Source: Hyphochytrium catenoides
Taxonomy: Eukaryota > Protista > Hyphochytriomycota
Assembly (NCBI GenBank): GCA_900088475.1
Contig: FLMG01000390.1
Location: 1-57,116 of the forward strand
Length of the DNA: 57,116 nt
Direction: 5' to 3'
Shown in pieces: positions 25,120 through 38,942 of this stretch. The notes below the pieces were generated by a model. It made no database searches. It saw nothing but the letters and a program-made list of their open reading frames with translations, and had not been told where the DNA came from. The translations under genes were made by a program, and so were the position numbers. Within the stretch, counting starts at the first letter, position 1. Every line of letters begins with the position of its first letter.

Positions 25120-26039
25120 ATGGAGGAGAGCTACTACGACATCGACTCCATTCTTATGGAGGAGGAACTGCTAAGCTCAACCTTCGAGGTCGAAGTCATA
25201 GCCTGCGGTTTCATGGACCAGACCTGTCCCTACGAGGACTTGCCCGAAGGTTCTAAACTCGAGCTTCCGTTCTGGATAGCAGCGCCGTTGCAGGCTGGCG
25301 GGATTGTGCAGATTGAGCTGCCAAAGATGTTCCGGGAACGCTTTAGAAACCAAATCATTGCAGGGCCAGCGGTGGTAAACCTTAGAGAGCGGTCGCCTTA
25401 TTACTTTCAGGTTCGATTCCTACCCTTGGCTTATCTTCAACATCCCCCATTGCTCCTCTCTTCTGCTTCACGACTTCCTGAGGTCCTCTTCTCCTCTACA
25501 TCCTCCTGTCAGCCCTGCTATCGTCTGTCTCTGTGCGGCGTGCAGGCTTCGTTCTACAAGCGCCTAATATCCCTCTAACCTAGGCCTTCTCTCTCACTCT
25601 CTGTGGAAATGTATATTGCCTAGCTTGAACGGTCTTCTGACAGGACCACTTAGCATGACTTTCTTTTCGTCCCTTCCAACTGGCTCTCCCCCCGAACGCC
25701 AATGATTCTGTCATCTAATTTTGGTGCTCTCTCTCCCCATTCTCCACATTTCTGTAGCTGGGAAGCCGAATCTCTGCTATGATGGAAGAGACTGAGTCTG
25801 CAGCCTTGGACAGTGTCCTCCGCACTGCATTCTGCGGGGAAAGGTTCAACCTTATCCTCGATGTCTCCATGAACTCGGGCCTTCAGGACACTTCTGGGCT
25901 TATCAAAACACTGACAATTATGGAACTCGCTTTATTCAACGCGGGAGTAGATTGTGCACACAGCTTTAGGGCATGGAAACAGCGAGACATGCAGGGAGAT
26001 GCGGCCTTTTCTTCATGGAAGAGAAGAAGAGTCTTCTGA
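25120..26039 (+). CDS. PSF3: GINS complex subunit 3 (Psf3), 2 exons
   Basis: Exon 25120-25410 (MEESYYDIDSILMEEE...LPEGSKLELPFWIA...VVNLRERSPYYFQ), GT-AG intron, exon 25758-26039 (LGSRIS...ERFNLILD...LTIMELALF...FRAWK). Confidence 0.93.
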
Positions 26040-26894
26040 GACAACACTTCGGGCATCGAAGCGCACCTGAAAAGTAAACAGAAGAAGGGAGAGAGAGACG
26101 AAGAGAGAAAAGATTGGTCAGCGATGCGATGTCGTTATCGGGTGGAGGCTGCAGAGAATGAAGTACTATATGCGAGCATCAGTAAACAGAGATCTCACTC
26201 ATTAGCCACTTTGCAGCGGCATCAGCAACGAGGAATTCTACTATAGAAACTCGATCATCTGCTCAGCAAACGTAAATGATATGACATGCGCTTTCACTCC
26301 CTGGTTTATTGTCTGCCTCTCGATCCTTCCCTTGTACTCAAGTTGACCCTTTGTCTACCCTTCTCCCTCTTCTCACGTGACTTTCGCTCCTTTCTGAACC
26401 TCGTACCTTGTAAATTTGTCTCGGACACAGGCAGGAGTCTGTGGCTAGACGAGGAGATCCGCGTCTTTTGAAGATAAACAAGATGTCCAGGGTAAGCAAC
26501 CAAAAGCCAATAATTCACGCTAAGCGCACGGTCACGCACAGAGCCTGCCGAAGACAGGAATAGGACAAGACAAGAGCACTCAGGCAATGGTCAACAAACC
26601 ATTACTGACTTTCAGTAGGAAGAGGCGGGTAAGAGGACGACAAAAGTGCATCGACGGCTAGTGGCGGCGCTTGGAAAGCACCATAGAGCACCGGACAAAA
26701 GGCAACAATCAAGAAGACTGCCAGAAGACTTGCCCCAAGTAGGAACTCCCATCATTAGGAGAAACAGAGACCACATCTCGCATCTCTGACCCCTGTGGCA
26801 CCGTTCCAACCAAGCAATGCTAATACGATGCTGATCTCACACTCATCTGCTAAGCAGAACGAGGACGAAGACAAAGAGACGAGGAGGAAAGAGA

Positions 26895-26926
<32 letters not shown>

Positions 26927-27143
26927 GCCCAAGTGAGGAGCATTTGACTGGCAGGCAAGTACGCAGAGCAGCCTGACCGCTCTGTCACTCTGTACCCTTG
27001 TTCTGAACCAGCTCTATTTAGATTACAAAATAACGTCCAGTGTAAGTACCGTATTCTAAATCTCTGCCCTTGGTGTTCAGATTGATTCCCTGCTGGGAAT
27101 GCAGCACTACCTTAAAGGTCATTCTGGTGGAGAGAGCAGAGGC

Positions 27144-27147
<4 letters not shown>

Positions 27148-27222
<75 letters not shown>
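27148..27222 (+). repeat. Perfect (GA)n microsatellite, ~75 bp
   Basis: Uninterrupted GA dinucleotide run; many shorter runs occur elsewhere, several next to assembly gaps. Confidence 0.95.
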
Positions 27223-27225
<3 letters not shown>

Positions 27226-27475
27226 AAGAGGGGAAGAGAGAGAGAGAGGAAGAGAGAGACAGTTAGGACAACGAAACAACGAAGTGGCGAGACAAAGGCG
27301 GAGAGACAGAGCTTATACATTGACGGTAGCGCGCTGTCTGTAGAAGAGAAAGAGAGACAGAAGCTGCTCCATCGCAATCGAAGACCGGCATAGACCTCTT
27401 GCACTTCTATTAAGAGAACGGAGACCTAGGACAGAGTGAGATCGAGACGATCACCAGCGATAGCCGACTGGCAGG

Positions 27476-28211
27476 ATGGTGCACGGCAAGAATATCAAGA
27501 GACGCGGTAAGGTGAAGGTCACCCGCCGCGCTCGGCCTAAAGTCAAGTTCACAGGGAGACAGTTCTCTAGCGAGCTGGTGAAGGCGCAATGGGATCAGAA
27601 CAAGACATTGAGACAGAACTATGAAGCTATGGGAATAGAGCCAGATCCCAACTCCTTGCGGTCTCTTAAGGAGTCAGACAGCAGAGGAAGGAGCCCAGAG
27701 GAGATTGAGGAACAGGAAGGAATGCTCTTTGATGTGCCAGAGAGCGATAACCTTCGGGGCTCCAGGAGAGGGCTTATAATGTCCGAGGAAGAGCAGGCTT
27801 ACCTCCGACGTCTTATGGCCAAGTACGGAGAGGACTACGAGGTACGCCAGAGGGCAGCGCAAGGGTAGCGTGAGTGTATAGGATGAGCAGAGATGAGGGG
27901 ATGGTGCGGCAGGGAAGGCAGAGAATAGGGAACAACGAGCCAGACGAGAAAGAGACAGCGCTTGAGAGAGAGGGGAAGACGTTATGATTGTTAGACAGCA
28001 GAGGCGCCGGAGCGGGAGAGACACGCAGGAGAGGCGGGAGGCAGAGGAGATTGGCGAGTCGGCCGGCCTTCTCAACGTCTCTCTTCTCTTTCTACAGGCG
28101 ATGTTCCGCGACATAAAGCTCAACAGCAAGCAGTGGACGGCCGCCAAGCTCAAGAGACGCTGCGCTAGGCTTGTCCTCGTAGAGCATGAAGCAAAGAAAG
28201 AACAGAATTGA
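27476..28211 (+). CDS. NOP16: Nucleolar protein 16 (ribosome biogenesis), 2 exons
   Basis: Exon 27476-27841 (WDQNKTLRQNYEAMGIEPDPN...MSEEEQAYLRRLMAKYGEDYE) and exon 28098-28211 (AMFRDIKLNSKQWTAAKLKRR): Nop16 signature motifs. Confidence 0.93.
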
Positions 28212-28837
28212 AGGCTCTTTCTCTCCTCTCGAAAATTCTGCTTCTCTTCTACCTGTTGTCTCTCTCTCTCTCTCTCTCTTTATCAATCTATCTATCTATC
28301 TATCACCTCTTTCTTATTGGCCAAGCTGCTTCCTCTCTTAGTTCCGAGGGCCACGGAGTGATGTTCAGACCATGGACTTAGGGAATATGTCTAGTCACTA
28401 TCTTTTCTTATTTTTGCCTCTTTCGTCCCTCATGCTCAAAACAGTCTGCCTCTCTTCTTCCTTCTTGTCTTGCTCTTTCTCGCTCTGTCTCTCTTCTTAT
28501 TTCTCTCTCTCTCTCTCTTCCGTGGCCCGAGAAGCAGATGAGAACCTGTGTATATTACTCTCGCCTATGCTCATTCATTAAATAATCTCCTGTCTTTTAC
28601 TCCATCAAGAGAATATGCTTCTCGTGGCTTCGGCGATATAAGAAAGTAAAGGAGGGGAGGGAAACCAGGAGAGGAGGAGAAAGTGTGTGACTCTGATAAG
28701 AGAGAACGAGCCACAAGAGCAATAGCAAAGACGAAGAGAAGAGGAGCCTCACTTGAAAGGGAGGGAAGAGAGTTTGGCTACAGGGCGATGGAAAGAAGGC
28801 CGGGCCCATTCTAAGCAGCAAAGAGAGAGTCTTGAGA

Positions 28838-30245
28838 TCATCCTCGGGAAGCAAGGACGGACATTTTGTCGTTGACTTCGTGGATCTCCGAGAGCAAGTT
28901 CTTGATCTCCTTTGCAAATCTGTCAGACGAACGTTTCGAGGGAGAGAGAGAGCTCGACGGACTTTTCAAGCTGCCTTTCCCTCCCTCTTTCTCCCTTTTG
29001 GGTCGCGCTGGTCGAGGTTGGGAGAAGGTGGGACTTATCGTCTCATTCTCCACACTGGAGCATTCCTCTGCCAGCTCTCTCTCTGCTTCACTCTCGGTAG
29101 CTCTATGGAAGGAGAAGGAAAGAAAGTGTCACGGCGAGCGGAAAGGGATGGACTAAAAGAGAGAGAATAAGAGATAAAAAGAGAACCTACGGCGAAGTCT
29201 GGGAGGAACATGGAAAGAGAGAGAAATAGAAGAGAGACGATAACCTCAGCGTCTCCCTTATTGCCTCTCTAAAGTTGGTACTTTTGGCTCCGTTGGGATA
29301 GAAGAGTGGTCTCTCTCCTGGACTGAGCGGCGTGGGGCGAGATAGACCCAGAGGCGCAAGGTCTGGGACCTGGATGGGCTCTACTAAGAGAGACTGGTGG
29401 GGGCTCGAGGCGTCAATCCCTAGTGGTAGATACGGAGGTGAGAGCAAGGAAATGGGACCAGTGACAGACAGAGAGAGGAAAGAGAATTCTGACAACGGAA
29501 AAAAAAAGCGAAGAGATAAGACGGCAACCTAGAGGAATTCGAGAAGAGAGAAGACAGAGTGGAAGAGAGCAATCAACAAAGACTGAAGAGCGGAAGCAGG
29601 AGAAAGGACTAGGACATTGTTATGACACTTTTGTCTGGCATAAAGTGACATGCGGACTTAAAAAATTGACAGATGGAGAGAGAAAGAGCGAGAGAGAGGA
29701 GAGAGAGACAGAGACAAAAAGAGAGAGAGACACAGAGATAGAGAAAGAGAATGAGAGAGGGGGCGAAGACGGGGCAAGAAATTGCCCAGGTACAGATAGA
29801 GAGATGTCCTAAGAGAGAAGAGCGAGGCGGCGATAGAGACAGCAAGGAGCGCGTTTAGAAAAGGGATTTAAGGAAGAGACGCCTACAAAGGAAAGCCGAT
29901 GCTGCAAGGAACAAGGCAAGAGGCATTGCCAGGAAAGATTATGAGGAGGAGATGAGGGAGAAGGAGAGGAGAAGTGAGGGATAGCAGAGAAGAGAGGACT
30001 CTACCTCGAAGAACCTGTGGGAACTGGGAGCTGCTGATGGTGATGACGTCAAGATAAGGAGCTCCAGAGTGTTTTGAGGTTCCAGTTCTGGGACTCTGCT
30101 CCGCCCGACGAGAGCAGCTGGAGGCGTCCATCTCTCCCTCAGGACAGAGTTGAGAGAGAGAGAAAGAGACAGGGACAGAACGAAAGAGAGAGAGAGAGAG
30201 GGGGAGGGAGAAAGACAAGGAGGAAGAGCGACCTATTGGGGGCAC
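28838..30245 (-). CDS. Hypothetical spliced protein of unknown function; boundaries uncertain
   Basis: Exon-like stretches (~30000-30140, ~29250-29430, 29100-28838 ending RFAKEIKNLLSEIHEVNDKMSVLASRG*) separated by AG-rich tracts (CT-rich on minus) that look like introns. Confidence 0.35.
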
Positions 30246-31096
30246 AGAGAGCTCCGAGAGCGTAGAGACGGTGAATTAGGGTAAGAGATGAATCATAGAT
30301 TAGGAGTGGCTGAAAGGAGCATGGAGACAGGAGGAAGAGACAGAGCTAACGAAGAGAGAGATCGACGCTAAGGTGCTAGCTATTCAGAGAAGAAACTGCG
30401 CTCAGTGTCTCAATGATCGCATCTCCAGAAGCTTTGGACTCAGCTCTAATATCTCCTCGCTCTCCCTCTCTCTTTTCTCTCTCTTCTGTCTCTCTCCCGC
30501 TCTCGTTTCTCGTTTTCTCTTGGTCTGCTGCTCTTGCAGCTTGCGAAGAGGAGAGCAGAAGGACGGAAGAGGTTAACTGTGCAGCAAGATGTTACCTGGA
30601 AAGAGGAACGCACCTTGAGGAGGGACTGGCACAGAGAAGGGAATGGAAGGAGAGAGTAAAGAGGATGGAGGACCAAGAAGAGTTGGTCAGAAGAAAGACA
30701 AAGAGTGAGTGAGATGGAGAAGGGAAGGAAGTCGAGAAACAGAGCAGGAGAGAGATAGTGAGGCACCCGAAGATGGAAGCGCAGCGGATAATCGACGAAG
30801 GAGACCAAGAAGAGAGAAACTAGCCTTTTCTGACCTTGAGGGACAAGATAGCAGAAAGGGGAGAGATAGAGGCGGTAGGAGGATTGGAGGCGAGGAGGAA
30901 AAGGCGAGAGAGAAAGGAGAGAGGAGAGAGGAGAGAGAGGACAAAAGAGAAAGAGGAATTCCGAGACAATAAGAACCCGGCAAGATGTTGTATATCAGGA
31001 ATAGAGTGGAGACGCGGAAGAGATGGGAGAAGAAAAGACAGAGGAGGGAAGAGAGAGTAAAGTGTGAGGAGGTAGGGAGACAGAGACAGAATTGGG

Positions 31097-31127
<31 letters not shown>

Positions 31128-31992
31128 GCAGAGATGTTGAGCTCCAACTGCCTGCGCTTCTCTGTCTGACAGCCTGTGAGGGACAACCCCAGGCCAAGAC
31201 ATCACCAAGTCACAAAGGAGTTACAAAACGCTGACAGTGAAGCGAGGGAAGTGACTTTTTATACCTCAACTTCCGGTGCTTTTCTTCCTCAATTACACCA
31301 ATTAAAGAGGGCAAAGGGTCGATAACGGGCTTACACATACAGGCTGCTTTGGTTTAGCCGTTAACGTCAAATGACTCTATCCTGTCTTTTGTGTTGCTGG
31401 TCTGTCATCTCTCTTCTTGATCCTCTCTCCTTCTCTCCGCTCAGTGCCTCTCTCCCTTGCAGGTGCCCTGCCTCCTCCTTTGTCGTCTCCTTCTCTCTCT
31501 TCTCTCTCTCTTTCATAGCTCAAGCCTGCGCCTCTCTCTCCCAGCATCTGCTGGGGAGGATGAGTCACGGTTCTAGTTCCTTTGTCTCTGTCCCTCTTCT
31601 CTAGCTTGAAGGTGGTGAGGCTCAAAGGTGCCAGCAAGAAGACCTGCGCAGAGAAAGAGAGACAGAGACAGAGACAGACTTGAAAAAGAGAGAGGGGCAA
31701 GGGAGCTAGCCACATACGGAAGCGATAGGTGGAAGAAGAGGCGGTGTATCCCAGACCAAAAGGAAGAAAGGCCGGGCAGCTGCCATCTCTGTCGGACAGG
31801 GGAGCGGTTCAGCTGCCATTTGAGATCTGTTTTTCTCTTCGCTTAGATTGCCGTCCAGGAGGAGGAAGATCATGCTGCACTCTTAACGCTTCTCGTACGC
31901 TCTTCAGAACCTTTATCTTCTCTCTCCCTCTCTCTTTTCTCTCTCTTTCTCGCTCTATTTTTTTCTCTCTCTTAATGGCTTGTTCTAGCACG

Positions 31993-34900
31993 ATGCCTAG
32001 AGCTAAGGGACAAGGGGATGGAGGTGTCAGAAGCCTTGCAGCGTGGAGGCAGGAGGAAGAGGGCCAGACATCCTCCGTGGACGTACAGGCACTTTTGGGA
32101 AGAGTGAGAGGACAGCTGGCGCTGATCGGCCCAGGGTGAGCGAGATTCTACATCAAACCCTTCTCTCTCTCTCGCTCTCGCTCTCTTCTTTCTTCTTCTC
32201 TCTCTCGCGCGCGCTGTCTATGTTTTGCTGTGTACTCTTTCCTTTCCGTTTGGCGCGCACATCGGTAGCTTCCTAGTTGCTTTATTTGCTCGCCGCCTTC
32301 TTACCTTTTCACTTCTCTCTCTCTCTCCTTCATTTCACAACTGACTTTCTTGATCGTTCATTACATTTCTCCCCTCTCGTCTCTCTCTCTCTTTAAAGGG
32401 TGCTCCGGTCTCTCTCTCTTGGGCTTGAGTCCTCGCCCAACCTTTCCTTGGAGCCGCTCCTGGAACTTCTCCACCGGCACAAGCTTCCTCTGAGCAGACA
32501 GGTAACCGGCAGCAAGCGGGTCAGAGGGTCAAAGATGAGAGGAGAGAGAAGGGACTCACGAAGATTTGGAGAGAAGGGGGCTAAAAAAGAAAAAGGAGTA
32601 GAGACTTCACGGTCAGCGCAGAAAGAGGAGGCGGGAAGTCTACGTTGACAGAGAGACTGAGGGCGAGCACTGGATCTTTGACAGCTGGATAGGAAAGATC
32701 TTACTAGATCATTCTCTAGCTCTTGTTCTTCGTCTCTCCCTCTCTCTCATGTCAAGAAATCATTGCTCTTTCCTCGTGTGCTAATTCATCATTTTCTGTC
32801 TGCCTCTTCTTGGTAGGAGCTGAAAGCTCTTCTCCTATCGCGACCTGACCATAAGCAGCGTCCAGCGGGTCTTCTCATCCTGGATATTCTTCGGGTAAGC
32901 GCGTGAGATGGGGAAGAGCGGGGGAAGAGAGAGAGAAGAGAGAGAGCGAAGAGAGAGACAGAGAGAGAGAGAGAGAGAGGAAAGCACACGCAGCGCCGCA
33001 TACTAGGAGTAGGAGCCATAGAGAACAGAAGTGCTCGTAAAGGATAGAGAAGACAGAGATCTCCTTAGTAATCGGATGTGACTGGGCTGAATCTAGTCTC
33101 AGCCTACTTCCAGTCCTTTCTGACTCTACTGATTCTCTCTCTATCTTTTTATCTCTTGTTATCTCCCCACTTCCGGGCTCTCTCGCGTCCTCTGTCTTTC
33201 CTACTGGCACCGTCTAGCCCAAGCTAGCAGGAGAGCGTCTGGAATGTGTGCACAAGGCCTTCCACTTTTTGGATAGAGAAAAGAGAGGGAAAGTGAGTCT
33301 CTCGAGGGTCCTCGAGCGTATTGACGGCGAGAGGCATCCAGACGTCATGTCCAGGAGAAAGACGAGAGAGCAAGTGATGGCAGAGATCAGAGCCTGCTAT
33401 GGAAGGTCAGACGGGGGAGAAGGAGAGAAAAGATTGGGGAACGACGAGGTAGAGATAAAAGGCTGGGAGAACTCTCTCTCTCTCTTGAGTGCGTGTGTGC
33501 CAAACGAAGAGTATTTTAAGCTTATCATTGAGGGCATTTGGTCCAGAAGGGAAGATCAGAGAGAGAGAGGGAGCAAAGGCGTGCATGCTCCCCCTCGACC
33601 TTTCTCGCTCTACGGTCAAAGGGAGACAAGCAGTGTGAAGGTTCCATCTAGTGTGCTCTTTCTCGTGGGAAACCTAAGGAAAGAAGTAGGAAAAAGTGGC
33701 ATTCGGGGCTTCTTGGGCCTGAGGAAAAGCTTCGAACGCTTCCAGGGCAGCGATAAGAGAGGATTGAGCCTGACCGACTTGAGAATAATGTTGAAGGAGA
33801 ACGGCCTCTCCCTCTCTGACTCCGAGTTGCGCCTCCTCTGGAGTGCCCTAGAAGAGGCAGAGAGAGGCCAAGTCATGAGCGAGACAGTTCTGGGGCTCTT
33901 TCTCCTCCCTCTGAGCAGGAGAAGACAGCTACTGGTGCGGCAGGCCTACCTGCGCTTAAGCAAAGAGAGTAAGGATAGACGAGTTCTTCCGCAGGGAATT
34001 CTCTCTTTCTTCAATTACGCGCGCCACCCACTCGTCTTATCAGGACAAGTGAACCCTCAGGCCCTTCTGCAGGAGTTTCTGGCAACATTTGAGGTGCCTG
34101 ACGAGAGAGAAGGCGAGATCGACAGAGAGAGATGGGAAGGGTACTTCACGGCTCTCAGTAATACCATCCCATCAGATGAACTCTTCGAGCTGATAATGCA
34201 CAACGTCTGGGGAGTCCGGGGAGATGAAGAGGAGGAGCTCTTCTTTCCTGTTACTCCCGTCACGAACGAAGAGGAAGGGAGAGGAAGAGAAGGGAAAGAG
34301 ACTCTAGCCGTAGCCCCACTCCCAGCAGCTACAAGGGTGGCCCATCCGCCGCAGGAAGTGGGATGGTCGGAAGCGGAATCCATTGCCGTAAAAAGAGACA
34401 ATGACAATGGTCCCTCCACTTTCTCAGGAAGTTCCGGCGAGAGAGAGATGCCAGCAAGAACCTTAACTCCCCTATCTCCTGACCAAGGACTCATTCACTC
34501 TAGGAACTCGGTTATCAAAAAGGGGAATCCGCTTTCTTCCGCCTCGATAGACCCTATAGTATGCGCAGAGGCAGACAGGATCCGCAGGCAGCTTGCCTCT
34601 CGGTCCATCCATGGCATCTGCAGACTCTACAAGGAGCTGAAGAAGAATGCGGAAGTCGGCCAGAAGATAAGTGAGAGGCGGGATGGCAGGGAGAGAGAGG
34701 AACGACGCTATCTCTCTTTTGGAGGATGGAAGAGGGCCCTGCGCGCTTGTGAGCTGCAGGTGCCGGACAGCAGCGCCCGAATCTCATTTGACGCCTTGGA
34801 TCTTGCAGGCTCAGGAAGCGTTAGCTGCGAGGATCTCCTTCGTCTTCTTAGGGGTGAGGCCGCGTACAAAGAGAGCCGGAGAAGCCTCATCCTCTCACAT

Positions 34901-36694
34901 TTTGATCGCATGGATGTTGGCAAGAGGGGCTCACTTGATCCACGTGCACTTCTGGAAGGATACCATCCTGCCAATCATCCCGAGGTGGTGAGAGGGTCTC
35001 TCTCTGCAGCTGCATTGCACCAGGAGTTCCTCGAGATGTTTGAGATCTCTGACGAGAAAGAGGGAATAGTCTCTCGAATGGACTGGCTAACTTACCATCT
35101 GAATGTGAGCGCCGCGGTGGACTCTGATCAATACTTCCAGGCCCTTTTAGAAGGCACCTGGGGGCCCTCGGGTTCGGCGAGAGGCGCAGCTGAGAAAGAA
35201 GATATTAAAGTTCTCAGGCGTCTCGTTCCATACACTGAACTTCTTCCCGCTGGATCTCAAACAGCAGCCGTCAGGGGACTGTCTGAGTCTTCTGCCGATC
35301 GTCAGAGCCGCCTCCTCGTTTATTCTTCTGGCCAAGGAGCAAGCGCCTGTTTGCATGGAGATACGTCTGTGACAACTCCCTCGGAGTCCATTCTTCTCTC
35401 CCCGAGGAGAGCAGGAAAATCGTCTCGTATGCGAGGAGTTCCTCCTGGTGTTCAGGTGATCATCTCTTTTCTATATAGAAATATCCGTTCAAGGGGTTTG
35501 CGCGCTTTCATCCTCCTGCTGAGGCAGAGCCGAAAGCAGCCTATTGTTACTACCTTAGAGCTCCGCCGGCTGCTGGCCGAAGCTGGAGCCACGTTGCCTG
35601 ATCAAGATCTGCGAGCCCTAGCCGCTCACTTTGAGGACTGCGGAGCTGGTGGCGTTGACATGGGGGAGCTTCTTGAGGCCCTTCGACCTCCTTTGAAGGC
35701 GCAGCGCCTGCAGCTAGTTGAAGAAGCCTACCGGGGTCTCTGTTCAGTCGCAAGCGTACCCGTACGGCCATCAACAGGGCAGGCAAAGCATACAGCTGCA
35801 CCTCTATCGGCCGACAGCTCCTCTTGTCGCAGTCCCGGATCCGCAATCCCCTTAGTTACAGCAGAGAACATCCTTAGAGCATTTAATCCAAGTGGACACC
35901 CAGACGTGACTCTCAGAGGAGTAGCAGCAGAGAACGTGCTAGAGGAGTTCCTAGAGACTTTTGAGGTCGGAGCAGACCCTGCTGGTCGCATCCCCTTCGT
36001 TCTCTGGGAAGACTACTTCCGGTCCGTGAGCTTTATCCTTGAGAATGAGGAGGAGTTCCAGAGACTAATGAGAGAGAGCTGGCATGTACAGCTTGCGCCA
36101 GAGATTGCCCAGTCTAGCTCTCCTTCTCCCTTCAGCACCGCCTCGCCTCCTCCCGCAGGTAGCCCTCGCAAGAAGCGGTCGGGTGTTGAGCATGACAGCC
36201 GTAAAGGAGGCGTCACTACCGCATGGCGAGAGTCCTTCAGTTCTCAAATTTCACTCGGCGTAGTGCCGGGCTACTATTCGAGCGAATCAGCTCCTGACCA
36301 GGCCACTCCAGGCGCAAACCGTGGCTCAGGTGCGAGTGACGATAGAACGGGGAAACGGACAGGCAGGCGGCCGAAGGCTAACGCAGGGATCCCAGATCAA
36401 TTCCAAAGCAGCCTTAAGGGGCAAATCTTCGAGGAAGCGAGAAAAAGAGATCAACAAGAGGAAACAAGGCCACCACCATTGACACAGGGAAAACTTGTCC
36501 GCAGCCTCGCTGAGGTGACCTTGGGCTCTCTAAAGGAACAGGAGCTCCTCTCACCCACCTCTGCCTCTTGTCCAGCTTATGCAACCGGCTTTGCGTTTGT
36601 CAGTCCAATCTCCCCATCATGCTCCGAAACCGTGGGCTCAGTACCCGTCAGAAGAATCTCAGACACATTCCGAAGCTCTCTTACTCTGGGTTGA
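31993..36694 (+). CDS. Calcyphosin-like (CAPS/CAPSL-type) EF-hand repeat protein, ~1270 aa
   Basis: Small exons 31993-32135, 32399-32501 and 32817-32894 join in frame to a long last exon 33218-36694. Four units of R..LV..AF..LD...HP.V..G...EFL.TF...W..YF..VS.....D..F..L....W, with EF-hand-like loops (DLAGSGSVS, DVGKRGSLD). Confidence 0.85.
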
Positions 36695-36859
36695 GGCAGC
36701 AACCGAAGGCTTGACCCAACCTGTGAGATATGCAGCTTTCGTCCTCTTGTAAGGCTATCTTTCCCGGTCTTATTCTCCTAATGTGTTGCTTGTACCTCTC
36801 TCTCCCTCTCTTCTCCCAGCTAGCCGTGATAATAACCGAATTTCAAGCCTTAGTTAGTC

Positions 36860-38430
36860 CTACCAGCCCTCCCTTCGGGCCTTCTCTGCAGCTTGCGAGA
36901 AGAGTCTTCTTTGCTCTTTTTCGAGCTCCTCCATTTCGTCCGCGGATGGCTTCTTCCTCTTTCTCCCCTGGCGACCTCCAGCTGCGGGTCGATTCCCTTG
37001 TAAAACTGCAGACTCACTCTCTTCACTCTGCGATGAGAGGGATAAAGAGGGAGACAAGGGAGGAGAGAGGAAAGAGAAAGAGAGAGAGTGAGAAAAAAGA
37101 GAAAAGGGGGGGGCGCGGTGAGAGAGGAACGAGAGACCAGGGAGCGACGGACAAAGAGGGAGGAAAACGAGAGGGAAAAGCAAGAGAGACAGAGAGAGAC
37201 AGCAAGCGTAAGAGAGAGAAGAGAGAGAGAGAGAGGAGTGACAAGAGAATAGCGGGAGAGACAGAGACAGAGAGTCTCGGCGTAAGAGAGAGAGAGAGGG
37301 ATAGGGACCGAGAAAGACAGAGAAAGAGAGAGAGAGTTTCTTGTCCTCGATGTCTTTTCCTCTTCCCTTCTTAGTCGCAGACCCCATAGCATTGCCCAGC
37401 AGCTACTATTTCTTCGCTTCGTCTCACTTTCCACTTTCGTTCTCTCAGTTACATCTTCGTCCTCCTCTTCTCTCCTCTTGACTAAACAATCTCTTTCGCC
37501 TCACTCGGGCTTCCATCAAGGGCAACGCCTGGCATGTCTTACCTCTAGCTTCTCCCTAATATCTGCAAATCCTGCCTCCTGGGTACCGCAAGGGAGCACA
37601 AGTAAGCGTTAAACGACAGAGAAGAACCCTCCGGGGTTTCCTACGTGCACCCCCTCAGTGCTGGTGCCTCTACGGGTTCAGCTGATGGTCTTTATCTCTC
37701 CCTTCTCCCTCCAGCCAGCCAGTTTAAGTCCATAGAGCTCTATACTTCCCCTTGTCATACCTCTAACCCCTGCAGCAACTGTGTCTTCTGCATAACTTGC
37801 CCCTTCCCATCCTCTGCCAGCCGCTGTGCCCGCGAGGCAACGGAGGAGACGAAACCTGAGGCGATAGTTAATCATACCGGCACTACATTGAGTGGATGAT
37901 AAAGGCTGGAGATCCGAGGAACAGGCGAAGAGCAGAAGACTGTGCGCTCTTCTAGGCAACAAAAGGCAACACAGTCCTTCATAGGCCTCGGGCCAGACTT
38001 GGAGAAAGCTAGAAAGAAGGTGAGAGACAGAGAGAGAGAGAGGCAGGGCTTGACATGGAATGTAGCGCACGATAGTGCGTGAGATGGAACCCGCGAGAGG
38101 ATGTGAAGGTGTTGCTCGTGGGAATTGAGAGGCAGAACTGACCTTTCGCAGCCGCGTCCAAGACTGCGACGACGCTGCTTGTGTCCACCCAGAGGCCGTC
38201 CTCCTCTTTCGGACCGTGCTCCTGAATAAGCCTAGCCAGAGCAGCTGAGATTGCAGAAAGCGTTAGATCTCAGTTCCTTACCTCTGTGCGCTCCTTCACA
38301 CTCTCTCTCTTCTCGAGGTCTACCTCTGCTGACTGTCCATACCTTTCGATAGGCTCGGTCCTTTCCTCTCTCCTGGCATTGCCCCTGTTGGCGGCCAATG
38401 GAGCTGTTTGAGCCCTTTCGCAGAATAAAC
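36860..38430 (-). CDS. Histone-fold protein resembling NC2beta/Dr1 (NF-YB superfamily), spliced; 5' end unresolved
   Basis: Phase-compatible GT-AG exons ...-38282, 38221-38143, 37855-37761, 37578-37543, 37027-36860 give ...LWVDTSSVVAVLDAAAKGFVSSVASRAQRLAEDGKGQVMQKTQLLQGLEEAGFADIREKLE...SADEMEELEKEQRRLFSQAAEKARREGW*. This parallels Dr1 (EFIHLISSEAN...HVIQALESLGF...EELLRQQQELFAKAR). Confidence 0.55.
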
Positions 38431-38907
38431 TCTCTGTTGTGGGAGCAGAGAAAGAAGAGATGGAGGAGAAATACCGCCTGCAATAGCAAGACCCCTGCCG
38501 GGGAGCCGAGCAGGAGGGGAGAGAGCTCGTTATGGCGCTTAAGGAGAGACACAGGGCCGATGCATCGGCCTCTCTCAGAGTCAGAAAATAGATGAGAGCG
38601 GCAAACCCTTGAGAGTCTGGACTCTGGACACTGCCCTTCATAGCCCAGGCCGAGCAGAGATTGAGAAAGACGGACAGAGAGATGGAGAAAGACAGCGAGA
38701 GCACGGAAGAATCTTAGGAAGAGAGCGAGATAGTGAACAGGAGAGCGCTGGAGGAGACAGAGCGAGGGGAGAGCTGCGAAAAAACAGCACGAGAGAGAGA
38801 GAAGCAGCGCTGGATATGCCTGGCCGTTAGCCGCTCTATTCTCGGGGTTTCTGTTCTTGAATCTTGAAGTGTGTGCCTCCTGCTCTCAGGGGAAGGGAAG
38901 TCAGCAG

Positions 38908-38942
<35 letters not shown>

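Noticed and set aside
37880-38010. Minus-strand peptide ...SLYHPLNVVP suggesting an ADAT3-like deaminase exon
   Set aside because: No PCxxC motif follows, and the region falls within an intron of the phase-consistent histone-fold gene model.
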